A program made the translations under genes and the position numbers. Shown piece by piece: positions 1 to 9,960 of a stretch of DNA of 64,000 bases; position 1 is the stretch's first letter; each line of letters begins with the position of its first letter. The DNA is from Rikenellaceae bacterium (GTDB taxonomy: Bacteria > Bacteroidota > Bacteroidia > Bacteroidales > Rikenellaceae): positions 34,844 to 98,843 of the forward strand of contig SUZX01000004.1 in NCBI GenBank assembly GCA_015059735.1. The letters run 5' to 3'. A model generated the notes under the pieces. The model did not search any database. It was not told where the DNA came from and saw only the letters and a program-made list of their open reading frames with translations.

Positions 1-1097
1 ATACGGAAACGACCTACATCGCCCAAGTCGTAACGTTTATCGGAGAAGAACAACTTCTCAATAACATCACGAGCCGTTGCCTCATCGGGTGGTTCCGAAG
101 CGCGCAATTGTCTGTAAATATAGACAACAGCCTCTTTCTCGGAGTTACACGGGTCTTTTTGCAGCGTATTATAGATAATGGAGAAGTCGATACCCGACTG
201 GTTCTCCTTATGTAACAGAATGGTCTTTGCTCCACTCTCAATGATTTGGTCAATATGCTCCTCTTCGAGGATGGTTTCACGATCAACGATAACGTTGTTT
301 CGCTCGATAGATACCACCTCTCCCGTATCTTCATCGACGAAATCTTCAACCCACGTCGACAACACACGAGCTGCCAATTTACGGCCTACGGCCTTTTTAA
401 GGGTACTCTTCGAAACTTTCACCTCATCGGCCAAGTCGAAGATCTCCAAGATCTGCTGGTCTGCTTCGTAACCGATAGCACGTAACAACGTAGTTACAGG
501 CAACTTTTTCTTACGGTCGATGTAGGCATACATCACGTTGTTGATGTCCGTAGCGAACTCTATCCACGAGCCTTTGAAAGGAATGATACGAGCCGAATAG
601 AGTTTAGTTCCGTTGGTGTGCATACTCTGTCCGAAGAAGACACCGGGCGAACGGTGCAACTGCGAAACAATAACGCGTTCTGCACCATTGATGACGAACG
701 TACCCCGTTCGGTCATATAAGGAATCGTACCGAAGTACACGTCCTGAACAACCACACCGAAATCTTCATGCTCATCGTCTGTGCAATAGAGTTTCAGTTT
801 GGCTTTCAGCGGAACGCTGTACGTTAATCCACGCTCCAAACACTCTTCGATCGAGTAGCGTGGCGGGTCGATATAGTAGTCGATAAATTCCAGAACGAAG
901 TTGTTCCGGGTATCTGTGATAGGGAAATTCTCCTGAAATACTTTATACAGCCCCTCGTTTTTACGATTTTCGGCCGTAGTGTCCATTTGGAAGAAATCCC
1001 GAAATGATTTAAGCTGTACCTCTAACAGGTCCGGATAGGGAACCCGATTCTTGACCGTAGAGAAGCTAATTCTTTGTTGTGTTTTTGCTGTGGACAT
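1..1097 (-). CDS. rpoB: DNA-directed RNA polymerase subunit beta, N-terminal ~365 codons (continues past window start)
   Basis: Manual translation of the minus strand from the ATG at 1097 gives [36 protein letters not shown]...[35 protein letters not shown]. This is a typical RpoB N-terminus. The frame stays open to position 1. It lies directly downstream of rplL as in the canonical operon. It is absent from the ORF track because it has no stop in the window. Confidence 0.95.
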   Translation of the reverse strand, partial: MSTAKTQQRISFSTVKNRVPYPDLLEVQLKSFRDFFQMDTTAENRKNEGLYKVFQENFPITDTRNNFVLEFIDYYIDPPRYSIEECLERGLTYSVPLKAKLKLYCTDDEHEDFGVVVQDVYFGTIPYMTERGTFVINGAERVIVSQLHRSPGVFFGQSMHTNGTKLYSARIIPFKGSWIEFATDINNVMYAYIDRKKKLPVTTLLRAIGYEADQQILEIFDLADEVKVSKSTLKKAVGRKLAARVLSTWVEDFVDEDTGEVVSIERNNVIVDRETILEEEHIDQIIESGAKTILLHKENQSGIDFSIIYNTLQKDPCNSEKEAVVYIYRQLRASEPPDEATARDVIEKLFFSDKRYDLGDVGRFR

Positions 1098-1166
1098 CGT
1101 AAATCCAAATTTTGGTGAAGTGTAATTCGGGCGGGTTACGCTCCATAAAATACCGATTGCTGTTCT

Positions 1167-1210
1167 TCGTAAAATGCTCCCACAAAAGGCGTTAAAGGCC
1201 TCGGGAGCAT
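1167..1210 (-). terminator. Terminator-like or attenuator hairpin in the rplL-rpoB spacer
   Basis: An 8-bp stem (atgctccc 1174-1181 pairing with gggagcat 1203-1210) encloses a 21-nt loop. On the minus strand it is followed by TTTTAC. A partial attenuator between rplL and rpoB is known in E. coli. Confidence 0.35.
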
Positions 1211-1335
1211 CACATTCCAAAGAGTGGACACAGCTCCTAATCGGCACTTCCAGTCCTTAGACCAAGAAAAGGCATAGAGCTAACACACCGGTTAGCCCTA
1301 TACCTGATTTGCCTTGTCGAGGCTCAGTAGCAAAA

Positions 1336-1713
1336 CTACTTAAGCTCAACCTCAGCACCTGCCTCCTCGAGTTGGCCTTTGATCTGCTCTGCCTCCTCTT
1401 TGGAAACACCCTCTTTAACGGCCTTGGGAGCACCGTCAACAAGAGCCTTGGCATCACCCAGCGAAAGGCCGGCGATATCCTTAACGACTTTGATAACTTG
1501 AAGTTTAGCCTGACCAGCACTCTTCAAGATTACGTCGAACGATGTTTTCTCGGCGGGAGCAGCCTCACCTGCGCCAGCAGCGGGAGCTGCAACGGCAACA
1601 GCGGCAGCAGCCGGCTCAATGCCATACTCCTCTTTGAGGATCTGTGCGAGTTCGTTTACCTCGGTAACTTTCAAGTTAACCAATTCTTCAGCAAGTTTCT
1701 TTACGTCTGCCAT
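1336..1713 (-). CDS. rplL: 50S ribosomal protein L7/L12
   Basis: The 125-aa product has an Ala/Pro hinge ([23 protein letters not shown]) and a C-terminal [33 protein letters not shown]. Confidence 0.97.
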   Translation of the reverse strand: MADVKKLAEELVNLKVTEVNELAQILKEEYGIEPAAAAVAVAAPAAGAGEAAPAEKTSFDVILKSAGQAKLQVIKVVKDIAGLSLGDAKALVDGAPKAVKEGVSKEEAEQIKGQLEEAGAEVELK

Positions 1714-1754
1714 AGTTGTAACTTATTAATTTGTTTTTAATTCTTGTTTTGTGG

Positions 1755-2279
1755 TTAGTTATTTCTCGATTCGAGCGTCTTTACGAGGCCCGCAATCTTC
1801 TGTCCTGCGCTACCTTGAAGAGCGGAAATAACGTTCTTCGCGGGCGATTGCAACAGGGCAATGATATCGCCGATAAGTTCCTCTTTCGACTTAATGTTGC
1901 ACAGAGCATCCAACTTGTCGTCACCAACATATACACAACCCTCAGCAAATGCAGCCTTCAAGACAGGTTTATCCGATTTCTTACGGAAATCCTTGATCAG
2001 CACAGCCGGAGCCTTAGCTACGTTAGCGAACAAAACAGAGGTGGGACCCTCCAATACTTTTACCAATTCAGCATCCGCTTTCTCTGCCTTTTCAAGTGCC
2101 TTAGCAAGCAAGGTGTTCTTTACAACAACCAACTTGACATCACTCTCGAAGCATTTGCGACGCAAAGCAGCAGTCTGCTCAGCATTCAAAGCCTCGATGT
2201 CGGCAATATAGAAGTGAGGATAAGCCTGGAGCTGCTCGGTGAGGCTGTTAATAACAACCAATTTTTCTTCCTTTGTCAT
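1755..2279 (-). CDS. rplJ: 50S ribosomal protein L10
   Basis: The 174-aa product sits between rplA and rplL and has L10-like sequence. Confidence 0.93.
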   Translation of the reverse strand: MTKEEKLVVINSLTEQLQAYPHFYIADIEALNAEQTAALRRKCFESDVKLVVVKNTLLAKALEKAEKADAELVKVLEGPTSVLFANVAKAPAVLIKDFRKKSDKPVLKAAFAEGCVYVGDDKLDALCNIKSKEELIGDIIALLQSPAKNVISALQGSAGQKIAGLVKTLESRNN

Positions 2280-2296
2280 CTCTTCGTTCCTCCTTC

Positions 2297-2995
2297 TTAT
2301 TTAGTTTCAACTGATTTGGGGTCGATCTGCAAGCCGGGACTCATCGTGGTCGAGAGATAAATGCTCTTCACATAAGAACCTTTGGCAGCAGCCGGTTTCA
2401 GCTTGATGATCATAGCCAACACCTCTTTAGCGTTGTCCACGATCTGCTCGGGCGTGAACGAGATCTTACCTACCGAAGTGTGTACGATACCGAACTTATC
2501 AACTTTGAAGTCGATTTTACCCGCTTTTACATCTTGGACAGCCTTAGCGACATCCATCGTAACGGTACCTGTTTTGGGGTTAGGCATCAAACCGCGAGGA
2601 CCCAAAATACGGCCCAAAGCACCGACCTTACCCATCACGTTAGGAGTACAGATGATAACATCCACATCCGTCCAACCCGCCTTGATCTTATCGACATACT
2701 CGTCCAATCCTACATAATCGGCACCTGCGGCTTGTGCCTCAGCCTCCTTCTCAGGAGTACAAAGCACCAACACACGAACCGTTTTACCCGTACCATGCGG
2801 CAGGGTAACTACGCCACGAACCATTTGGTTCGCTTTACGGGGATCCACACCCAAACGCACGTCAACGTCTACCGAAGCATCGAATTTCGTAAACGTAATC
2901 TCTTTAAGAAGAGCGGCGGCCTCCGAGAGTTTGTAAGCCTTTCCGGCTTCCACCTTGGCGTAGGCAATTTTTTGATTTTTTGTCAACTTACTCAT
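2297..2995 (-). CDS. rplA: 50S ribosomal protein L1
   Basis: The 232-aa product contains [21 protein letters not shown] and [15 protein letters not shown] motifs. Confidence 0.97.
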   Translation of the reverse strand: MSKLTKNQKIAYAKVEAGKAYKLSEAAALLKEITFTKFDASVDVDVRLGVDPRKANQMVRGVVTLPHGTGKTVRVLVLCTPEKEAEAQAAGADYVGLDEYVDKIKAGWTDVDVIICTPNVMGKVGALGRILGPRGLMPNPKTGTVTMDVAKAVQDVKAGKIDFKVDKFGIVHTSVGKISFTPEQIVDNAKEVLAMIIKLKPAAAKGSYVKSIYLSTTMSPGLQIDPKSVETK

Positions 2996-3003
2996 CTTCT
3001 CGA

Positions 3004-3444
3004 TTACATGTTAGGAAATTCACCAACGACATTGATACCCATACTGCGAGCAGTACCGGCAACCATGCGCATAGCCGATTCCAGTGTGAAGCAGTTCATG
3101 TCAGGCATCTTGTCCTGAGCAATTGCACGAACCTGCTCCCACGTTACCTGACCGACTTTGTCACGGTTAGGCTGTGCGGAACCCGTTTGTACTTTAGCTG
3201 CTTCCTTGAGCTGGATAGCTACGGGCGGCTGTTTTACAACAAAGTCAAACGACTTATCGCTGTAAACGGTAATGATGACCGGAAGAACCTTGCCTGCCTT
3301 GTCTTGTGTACGCGCATTGAACTGTTTGCAGAAGTCCATGATGTTGACTCCTTTCGAACCCAATGCGGGACCAACCGGGGGCGAAGGATTGGCGGCACCA
3401 CCTTTAATCTGCAATTTGATAAATGCAGCAACCTCTTTTGCCAT
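3004..3444 (-). CDS. rplK: 50S ribosomal protein L11
   Basis: The 146-aa product contains [35 protein letters not shown]. Confidence 0.97.
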   Translation of the reverse strand: MAKEVAAFIKLQIKGGAANPSPPVGPALGSKGVNIMDFCKQFNARTQDKAGKVLPVIITVYSDKSFDFVVKQPPVAIQLKEAAKVQTGSAQPNRDKVGQVTWEQVRAIAQDKMPDMNCFTLESAMRMVAGTARSMGINVVGEFPNM

Positions 3445-3461
3445 AGTTTTCCTTAGGTTAA

Positions 3462-4022
3462 TTATTCTTTTTCAACTTGTGTAAAACTCAACTCCATAGG
3501 AGTTTTGCGCCCGAATATCTTCACCGATACCGTGAGTTTTTTGCGCTCATTATCGACGGCTTCGATGGTACCTTGGAAGCTTGAGAAAGGTCCATCGGTG
3601 ACCTTGACGGTCTCACCGACGAAGAAGGGTATTTCGTTTTCCTCCTCCATAGCGTTGATCTCATCGACACGACCCAAAATACGTGCAACCTCTTGTGGAC
3701 GAAGAGGTGTTGCATTCATCTTTCGACTATCTTCTTTGGTATCGCCGAGAAATCCCAACACATTGGGAGTATTACGAATGATCATAGGAATTTGTCCAAC
3801 AAAGGCAGCCTCTACCAATACATAACCCGGGTAAGAAACCTTCTCTTTCGAAACTTTCTTACCGTTACGAATCGTATAAACCTTTTCGGTTGGAATCAGA
3901 ACCTGTGAAATGTAGTCTTCGAGATGATTATGGCGAATCTCAGCCTCGATATACTCTTTGACCTTATTCTCCTTACCACCAATCGCACGCACTACATACC
4001 ACTGCTTGTTAATCTCGCTCAT
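3462..4022 (-). CDS. nusG: Transcription termination/antitermination factor NusG
   Basis: The 186-aa product starts with [14 protein letters not shown] and has a C-terminal KOW-like segment ([19 protein letters not shown]). It sits between secE and rplK. Confidence 0.95.
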   Translation of the reverse strand: MSEINKQWYVVRAIGGKENKVKEYIEAEIRHNHLEDYISQVLIPTEKVYTIRNGKKVSKEKVSYPGYVLVEAAFVGQIPMIIRNTPNVLGFLGDTKEDSRKMNATPLRPQEVARILGRVDEINAMEEENEIPFFVGETVKVTDGPFSSFQGTIEAVDNERKKLTVSVKIFGRKTPMELSFTQVEKE

Positions 4023-4040
4023 TGTCTATCAGGTGTTTTA

Positions 4041-4235
4041 TCAAGCCAAATTGCCCAGCACCTTGTAGATAAAGGCCATCACATTCTCAAAGGTCAAGTC
4101 CATGGCCAATACAACAATCGCAAAAATAACCGAAGCTACCATCACGACGATTGTAGAACTTTGAAGTTGCGGGAATGAAGGCCACGTCACTTTGTTTACA
4201 AGCTCGTTGTAGGATTCTTTAACGTAGTTGAACAT
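4041..4235 (-). CDS. secE: Preprotein translocase subunit SecE
   Basis: The 64-aa product has a single transmembrane helix. Its position between tRNA-Trp and nusG is canonical. Confidence 0.9.
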   Translation of the reverse strand: MFNYVKESYNELVNKVTWPSFPQLQSSTIVVMVASVIFAIVVLAMDLTFENVMAFIYKVLGNLA

Positions 4236-4255
4236 ATCGTCATTCTTTTGTTTTG

Positions 4256-4326
4256 CAGGAGCAGAGAGATTCGAACTCCCATCAACGGTTTTGGAGACCG
4301 CTATTCTACCCTTGAACTATGCTCCT
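4256..4326 (-). tRNA. tRNA-Trp (anticodon CCA)
   Basis: The reverse complement reads AGGAGCATAGTTCAAGGGTAGAATAGCGGTCTCCAAAACCGTTGATGGGAGTTCGAATCTCTCTGCTCCTG. It has a 7-bp acceptor stem (AGGAGCA/TGCTCCT), an anticodon loop CT-CCA-AA and a GTTCGAATC T-loop. Confidence 0.9.
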
Positions 4327-4377
4327 AAATTAGGGAGGCGACGTAAACCGCCTCCCTTGATATGAGGTGTTGTGAAA

Positions 4378-5565
4378 TTATTTCACGATCTTCAAGATCT
4401 GACCTGCACCTACCGTACGGCCACCCTCGCGAATTGCGAAACGAAGACCCTCGTTCAAAGCAACAGGATAGATCAGTTTTACGGTGATGGTTACGTGGTC
4501 ACCCGGCATAACCATATCAACGCCAGCGGGCAAGTGAACCTCACCGGTTACGTCCATCGTACGGAGGTAGAACTGAGGACGATAGTTGTTGTGGAACGGC
4601 GTGTGACGGCCACCCTCTTCTTTCTTCAAGATATAAACCTCAGCCTCGAACTCGGTGTGCGGAGTGATCGAACCCGGTTTAGCGACTACCATACCGCGCT
4701 TAACCTCTTTTTTGTCGATACCACGAAGCAACAGACCTACGTTGTCACCAGCCTCACCCTCATCGAGGAGTTTGCGGAACATCTCAACGCCGGTGCAAGT
4801 CGAAGTCAAAGTCTTCTCCTCCAAGCCAATGATCTCAACGGGATCTCCTACATGGATAATACCGGTCTCGATACGACCTGTAACAACGGTACCACGACCA
4901 GTGATCGAGAATACGTCCTCAACAGGCATCAAGAAGGGTTTCTCATTCTCACGTGCCGGAATGGGTATATACTCGTCTACGGCAGCCATAAGCTCCATAA
5001 CTTTCTCCTCCCACTGGGGCTCGCCGTTCAAACCACCAAGAGCCGAACCACGAATGATAGGAGCGTTGTCACCATCGAAATCATATTTCGAAAGCAGGTC
5101 GCGAACCTCCATCTCAACGAGGTCGAGCATTTCAGGATCGTCAACCATGTCGCACTTGTTCAAGAAAACAACGATACGGGGAACGTTTACCTGTTTTGCA
5201 AGCAGAACGTGCTCGTTGGTTTGGGGCATCGGACCATCGGTAGCAGCAACTACGAGGATGGCACCGTCCATCTGAGCAGCACCCGTTACCATGTTCTTCA
5301 CATAGTCGGCGTGACCCGGGCAGTCAACGTGAGCATAGTGACGGTTAGCCGTTTGATACTCAACGTGCGAGGTGTTAATCGTAATACCACGCTCTTTCTC
5401 CTCGGGAGCGTTGTCGATCGAGTCGAACGAACGGAGCTCCGACAGACCAGCCTTAGCCAGAACAGTCGTGATAGCAGCAGTAAGAGTAGTCTTACCGTGG
5501 TCAACGTGACCGATAGTACCAATGTTTACGTGCGGTTTCGACCGGTCGAATTTTTCTTTTGCCAT
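4378..5565 (-). CDS. tuf: Elongation factor Tu
   Basis: The 395-aa product contains [18 protein letters not shown] and NKCD GTPase motifs, and the full-length sequence is EF-Tu-like. Confidence 0.99.
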   Translation of the reverse strand: MAKEKFDRSKPHVNIGTIGHVDHGKTTLTAAITTVLAKAGLSELRSFDSIDNAPEEKERGITINTSHVEYQTANRHYAHVDCPGHADYVKNMVTGAAQMDGAILVVAATDGPMPQTNEHVLLAKQVNVPRIVVFLNKCDMVDDPEMLDLVEMEVRDLLSKYDFDGDNAPIIRGSALGGLNGEPQWEEKVMELMAAVDEYIPIPARENEKPFLMPVEDVFSITGRGTVVTGRIETGIIHVGDPVEIIGLEEKTLTSTCTGVEMFRKLLDEGEAGDNVGLLLRGIDKKEVKRGMVVAKPGSITPHTEFEAEVYILKKEEGGRHTPFHNNYRPQFYLRTMDVTGEVHLPAGVDMVMPGDHVTITVKLIYPVALNEGLRFAIREGGRTVGAGQILKIVK

Positions 5566-5692
5566 AGTTATAAAAGTATTTAGAGTATTGTTATAAAATT
5601 GCCTAAACTTTCAATCATCATTTGCAAGACAAGCGGCGACACGAACATCTTTCACCCGAAAGGAGAAAAGTTCGTATCACACGCTGCTGCGT

Positions 5693-5768
5693 TGGAGCGG
5701 AAGACGAGGCTCAAACTCGCGACCCTTAGCTTGGAAGGCTAATGCTCTATCAACTGAGCTACTTCCGC
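5693..5768 (-). tRNA. tRNA-Gly (anticodon TCC), CCA encoded
   Basis: The reverse complement reads GCGGAAGTAGCTCAGTTGATAGAGCATTAGCCTTCCAAGCTAAGGGTCGCGAGTTTGAGCCTCGTCTTCCGCTCCA. The anticodon loop is CT-TCC-AA. Confidence 0.9.
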
Positions 5769-5856
5769 AAAAATAAACCGTATCAGAGCGTTTCCCCTCC
5801 CTAATCTTCGCTAACGCAAAGGTTTAGAAATCTACAACTCCAATCGGTGTGTTATG

Positions 5857-5939
5857 TGGGAAGTGATGGATTCGAACCACCGAAGGCGTACGCCAGCAGA
5901 TTTACAGTCTGCCCCATTTGGCCACTCTGGTAACTTCCC
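5857..5939 (-). tRNA. tRNA-Tyr (anticodon GTA), long variable arm
   Basis: The reverse complement reads GGGAAGTTACCAGAGTGGCCAAATGGGGCAGACTGTAAATCTGCTGGCGTACGCCTTCGGTGGTTCGAATCCATCACTTCCCA. Confidence 0.9.
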
Positions 5940-6007
5940 TTATGCGCCCCTTTTTCAGAGGATTGATGTCGCCCGTTCGAACTTTTCTGCTCGCACCGAC
6001 GCCTTAG

Positions 6008-6081
6008 AGCCGATGGAGGGATTCGAACCCCCGACCAGCTGATTACAAATCAGCTGCTCTGGCCAACTGAGCTACATCGGC
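6008..6081 (-). tRNA. tRNA-Thr (anticodon TGT)
   Basis: The reverse complement reads GCCGATGTAGCTCAGTTGGCCAGAGCAGCTGATTTGTAATCAGCTGGTCGGGGGTTCGAATCCCTCCATCGGCT. Confidence 0.9.
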
Positions 6082-6102
6082 AGAATCAACCGTTTTGGAT
6101 TG

Positions 6103-6110
6103 CAAAGGTA
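6103..6110 (-). promoter_or_regulatory. Candidate Bacteroidota -7 box (TACCTTTG) for the tRNA-Thr/Tyr/Gly(-tuf) transcript
   Basis: The plus strand reads CAAAGGTA, which is TAnnTTTG on the minus strand. It lies about 22 nt upstream of the tRNA-Thr 5' end. Confidence 0.4.
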
Positions 6111-6470
6111 TATATAAAAAATTTATCAGCCAAATAATTTAGCATAAATTTTTTATTTTTCCGCTCTTATCAAAGAACCCGATCTCTTTTACCTTTTTCA
6201 AGCAAGAAATCGGGTGCAAAGATAAGAAAAGTTTTGAACACCGCAACAACCTATGCAAAAAATATCACATTTCCGATGATAAGTTATCGGTTTTACAGCC
6301 TCATTCGGCCATAAACCAGATCTGTTATACAAAAAATCATATCCGCAAAACAGTTAAAGTCTTATCATCTCAATGTAATATCATCTCTTATATATAATAT
6401 ATAAATAGGTAATATCACATACCCCCTTCTCCTTTTGCAGTTCCTTAACCCAAGTATGATACAGAGTTAA

Positions 6471-7325
6471 CTATTTGAAACTGATCACTAAGATCTTCGA
6501 GGCCTCCCAAAAACGTTCGGGATTATTGATTGCCAATTTAATGACCGTTTTGTCATCATTTGTAATCAACTGATACGATCCTTCGGGGTGTGTCGTCACC
6601 AGAGTCACCTTTTTATGCCCGATCGGAACCTCGGTCAACAAGCGCGAATCGGCCTGCGTAAAACTGGCCAAACTGCTATTACGATTAACGGTCAATGTTC
6701 TACCAATAAACCCCTGTTTATCGACAATCTGCGCTTCACGCAACTCTTTTTCGGCACCAACAATATAATAAACTATATTCAGTCGCTCTTCCAAAGCGGT
6801 CTTTTCATTCCCCAAAGTCTGTACCTGAGCCGCATGTTCGACGACCTGCGCTTCGAGCGTTGTCATCTCAGCACTCATACGATTAATATCGTTGTGTAAC
6901 CGAATAATCTCTTCGCTCTTTTCATCCAGTTGCTTCCGCAGATCAGCAACCATTTTCTCCAAACCTTCGATACGTAGGTTGGCTTTTCGCAACTTCGCAA
7001 CCGAGGATTGAAGAGCCGCAATTTTATTCCGATTCTCCTGCAAAAGACGATCAATGGCTGCAATATCTTCATTTAGTTTATTGGTAGGGAGTTTTGCCCC
7101 CTCGGTCTCGGCAGATACCACGATCAAGTTCTCACGAGCCTTAATCGCCTCTAAATTTTCGGCAATCAATTGAATGTCAGAAAACACCGCACTGATCAGC
7201 GAATCCTTTTCGTTAATGACCCGAATCAGTGAATCACATCGTGCATCAGCAATCTGCACAGCTTGTTTGGGTGTGCAGGAAACAAATAGCAAAATTGCGC
7301 TAAATAGGGTAAACAAAGACTTCAT
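6471..7325 (-). CDS. Coiled-coil lipoprotein, function unknown
   Basis: The product has a lipoprotein signal (MKSLFTLFSAILLFVSC). A long heptad-like helical middle (roughly residues 60-190) is followed by a C-terminal globular part. It begins 15 nt downstream of the AraC-type gene. Confidence 0.6.
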   Translation of the reverse strand: MKSLFTLFSAILLFVSCTPKQAVQIADARCDSLIRVINEKDSLISAVFSDIQLIAENLEAIKARENLIVVSAETEGAKLPTNKLNEDIAAIDRLLQENRNKIAALQSSVAKLRKANLRIEGLEKMVADLRKQLDEKSEEIIRLHNDINRMSAEMTTLEAQVVEHAAQVQTLGNEKTALEERLNIVYYIVGAEKELREAQIVDKQGFIGRTLTVNRNSSLASFTQADSRLLTEVPIGHKKVTLVTTHPEGSYQLITNDDKTVIKLAINNPERFWEASKILVISFK

Positions 7326-7340
7326 GTAACAAAACTTTAA

Positions 7341-8255
7341 CTAACCTCTGCGTTTATAACGCGAAGGAGAAGTACCGGTATGTTGTTTGAAATATTTTCC
7401 AAAGAAAGATTGTGTACTGAAATTCAGATGATATGCAATCTCTTGAATGCTCATGCCGGAGTATTTCAACAACGTCTTGGCCTCCAAAATCACCGACTCA
7501 TCGATCCATCGTGCAGCGGTTTTGCCGCTAACCTCTTTAACTACGGAAGAGAGGTATTTGGGAGTAATATCCAACTGTTTGGCATAGAAACTCACATTTC
7601 GTTCGCGCTTGTTGTAACGTTGTAGCAACGAGATAAATTCATCGAACAGCACCTCAGCACGCCCGGGTTTAATAGCGACTGGCCTTTCACGTTGACTCAA
7701 TTCCGTAATCAAATAAAACGCAGTAGTAAACAAGGTACGTATCATCTCATTGCGATAACGTTCTTTATCGCTACGCAATATCGTTTTAATACATTGGAAT
7801 AGTTGGCGAATCTCCTCAATATCAATAGGTTTCACCTCCAACACAGGAGCCTTTCCGAAACGCATATAAACAGGCAATGAAGAGGAGAGGTCGATTTGAA
7901 TCTCGTTGACAAACGACTTGGAAAATGCCAGCAAGAAAGCTGTTGCATTCGACAAACTTTTGAGCGTACGAATAATGCTGTCGGGATTGAAAAAGACAAT
8001 GTTATTGGGTCGAATAACATAATTCTGCATGTCGATGGACAAGGTTGCCTCTCCTGTCATCATAATAACAGCCGCAAATCCATCGATAGATATCGGGTAT
8101 TCAGCCGTTGAATTACTAAACGCATCCAAAGAGGTTATCACCAGATCATCCGAAAGATAAAAAACATCGTTCATTTCTCGTTTGATTCGAGAAATTGAGA
8201 CCTTGCGCAGGCTCTCATGCCCACCGCCATCTGTCATCTTGCCCGTGCTCACCAT
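7341..8255 (-). CDS. AraC family transcriptional regulator
   Basis: The C-terminal HTH region reads FYAKQLDITPKYLSSVVKEVSGKTAARWIDE...IAYHLNFSTQSFFGKYFKQHTGTSPSRYK. The true start may be an internal Met (for example MNDVFY). Confidence 0.85.
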   Translation of the reverse strand: MVSTGKMTDGGGHESLRKVSISRIKREMNDVFYLSDDLVITSLDAFSNSTAEYPISIDGFAAVIMMTGEATLSIDMQNYVIRPNNIVFFNPDSIIRTLKSLSNATAFLLAFSKSFVNEIQIDLSSSLPVYMRFGKAPVLEVKPIDIEEIRQLFQCIKTILRSDKERYRNEMIRTLFTTAFYLITELSQRERPVAIKPGRAEVLFDEFISLLQRYNKRERNVSFYAKQLDITPKYLSSVVKEVSGKTAARWIDESVILEAKTLLKYSGMSIQEIAYHLNFSTQSFFGKYFKQHTGTSPSRYKRRG

Positions 8256-8658
8256 GAGGAATATTATATATGTTTATTCTCGTTAACCTTTCACCTTTTC
8301 TCTGCTTCTCTAATCGATGGAATCATCCACGAACTTTGCGAAACCATACAAAAATAAAAAAATCATAGTAAATAAGCAAATATTAAATAGGAAACTACGT
8401 TAAAAAACGAAATATTTCATTCAAAACGGAAAGAATATAAACGAACTAAAAATCCGATGAGTTAATTTTTGTAATTTGCTTCACATGAAAATTGAGAAAG
8501 GAGATATGAGATAAATATTACTATGCTAGTTTTTGCTATTTGTGACAGCTGAATTGGGAGTCGTCAAGAGCGAGTAGTAAAGATTTTGGCCATAGGAAAC
8601 AGTTTATCGGGAGACCCGCATCAATCAATAACAATCAATTCACCTCGCGGGTGACAAC

Positions 8659-8693
8659 CAAAAATCCTCCGCTCGTAGATCCGAGCGGAGGAT
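8659..8693 (-). terminator. Rho-independent terminator downstream of the GH57 gene
   Basis: A 12-bp stem (atcctccgctcg/cgagcggaggat) has a 6-nt loop and is followed on the minus strand by TTTTT. Confidence 0.7.
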
Positions 8694-8717
8694 TTGCACA
8701 TTCAATCAATAGGGAGA

Positions 8718-9944
8718 TCAACTCTCCTTCTTGATTTTCTTCGCCTCTTTGGCAGCCAATGCTTTGTCCAGTTCAATGATGAAATCCGAAAGGACATTCA
8801 TGTAATTGATAAACGCATCGTATGCCGAGTCGTAGGGGTTGAAATAAGAGTGGACATCGCCATCCGACAACCACTTCGTCGCCATATAGTAAAAGTGATC
8901 GGAGGTCTGCATGAAATTCCAGACATAGTCGAAATCGGCACTCTTCAAAGCCTCAACTTTCTCTTTCTGTGCATAGAGTTTGGCAAACGCCTCATTCTGC
9001 AACTCATTACCCAACCATGCCGTGATATCGCGCTCCTCATCGGCCCACGACATTACATGCGGACAGTGTAGCACCGCCACCGGCTGGTACTTTTTCGCAG
9101 CCTCCGAAACGGTCGCAAACTCCAACTCATTCTTCTTGGCCAACACAGTTTTCGGCAACGCCTTCATGAAATCGAAGATTCCGGTCTCTGCTCCCTGATG
9201 CTCACCGAAGGTTTCGTAATCCATAAATAGGTTGATTACCTCGCCTGAAACTTCATCAGAAGTCAGCCAGGACACATATTTATCGGCCGTCAGCGGCCAT
9301 TGATCCCAACCTTGATTCGAGAAACGGAATGCGATGTCATCCGAGAGTTTATAATTACGCAACAAAAGGCGCAACTTTTGATCGATAGCATTGGCATATA
9401 CATAATTAGGAGATTTCCAACCCAACACATGTTTGGCACCCTCGGCCAACATCGTGCGGAATCCCATGCCGGCAACCGCAGCACCGATCTCATCCGAGTA
9501 GATCAACTCCGTGTTGCGGAAAGCCGTAGGTTTCACCCCAAACTCCTTTTTCAGCATGGCAGTATGGAGCTTTACTTGTCGGGTAAAATCTTCGGGCGAT
9601 GCCAAAGCTGCCAACGAGTGAGAATAGGTCTCGGCCAAAAACTCGACACAACCCGTTGCAGCCAACTCCTTGAACGAGTCAAGAACCTCGGGAGCATAGG
9701 CACGGAACTGCTCGACAGCAATACCTGTAATCGAAAACGAACAGCGGAACTTACCTTTATTCTCCTTGATAAGTTTGAGCAGCAACGCATTCATCGGCAA
9801 ATAACATTGTCGCGCCACTTTCTGCATAATCGAGCGGTTCACCAAGTCATCCAAGTAATTGTGATCCTTGCCCATGTTGAAGAATCGATATTTCTTCAAT
9901 CGCCAAGGTTGATGTACTTGAAAATATAAGCAGACGGTTTTCAT
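8718..9944 (-). CDS. Glycoside hydrolase family 57 protein (alpha-glucan acting)
   Basis: The N-terminus (CLYFQVHQPWRL) is typical of GH57. The 408-aa product sits in a glycogen gene cluster. Confidence 0.8.
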   Translation of the reverse strand: MKTVCLYFQVHQPWRLKKYRFFNMGKDHNYLDDLVNRSIMQKVARQCYLPMNALLLKLIKENKGKFRCSFSITGIAVEQFRAYAPEVLDSFKELAATGCVEFLAETYSHSLAALASPEDFTRQVKLHTAMLKKEFGVKPTAFRNTELIYSDEIGAAVAGMGFRTMLAEGAKHVLGWKSPNYVYANAIDQKLRLLLRNYKLSDDIAFRFSNQGWDQWPLTADKYVSWLTSDEVSGEVINLFMDYETFGEHQGAETGIFDFMKALPKTVLAKKNELEFATVSEAAKKYQPVAVLHCPHVMSWADEERDITAWLGNELQNEAFAKLYAQKEKVEALKSADFDYVWNFMQTSDHFYYMATKWLSDGDVHSYFNPYDSAYDAFINYMNVLSDFIIELDKALAAKEAKKIKKES

Positions 9945-9960
9945 AAACGGTTAATATTTT

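Noticed and set aside
4372-5583. A 403-aa ORF fully antisense to tuf.
   Set aside because: It coincides exactly with the EF-Tu gene on the opposite strand. Its product is low-complexity (T/V/L/R-rich) and resembles no known protein. Long antisense ORFs are an expected by-product of strong codon bias in highly expressed genes, where the rare sense codons TTA, CTA and TCA would be the antisense stops.
5566-5692. A possible fourth tRNA or structured RNA between tRNA-Gly and tuf, since Bacteroides often has a second tRNA-Thr here.
   Set aside because: No cloverleaf can be drawn. Only an imperfect extended hairpin (about 5631-5690) is present, and it is more likely a processing or spacer structure.
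5854-6042. A 62-aa ORF spanning tRNA-Tyr and part of tRNA-Thr.
   Set aside because: The region is explained by two well-folded tRNA genes on the opposite strand.
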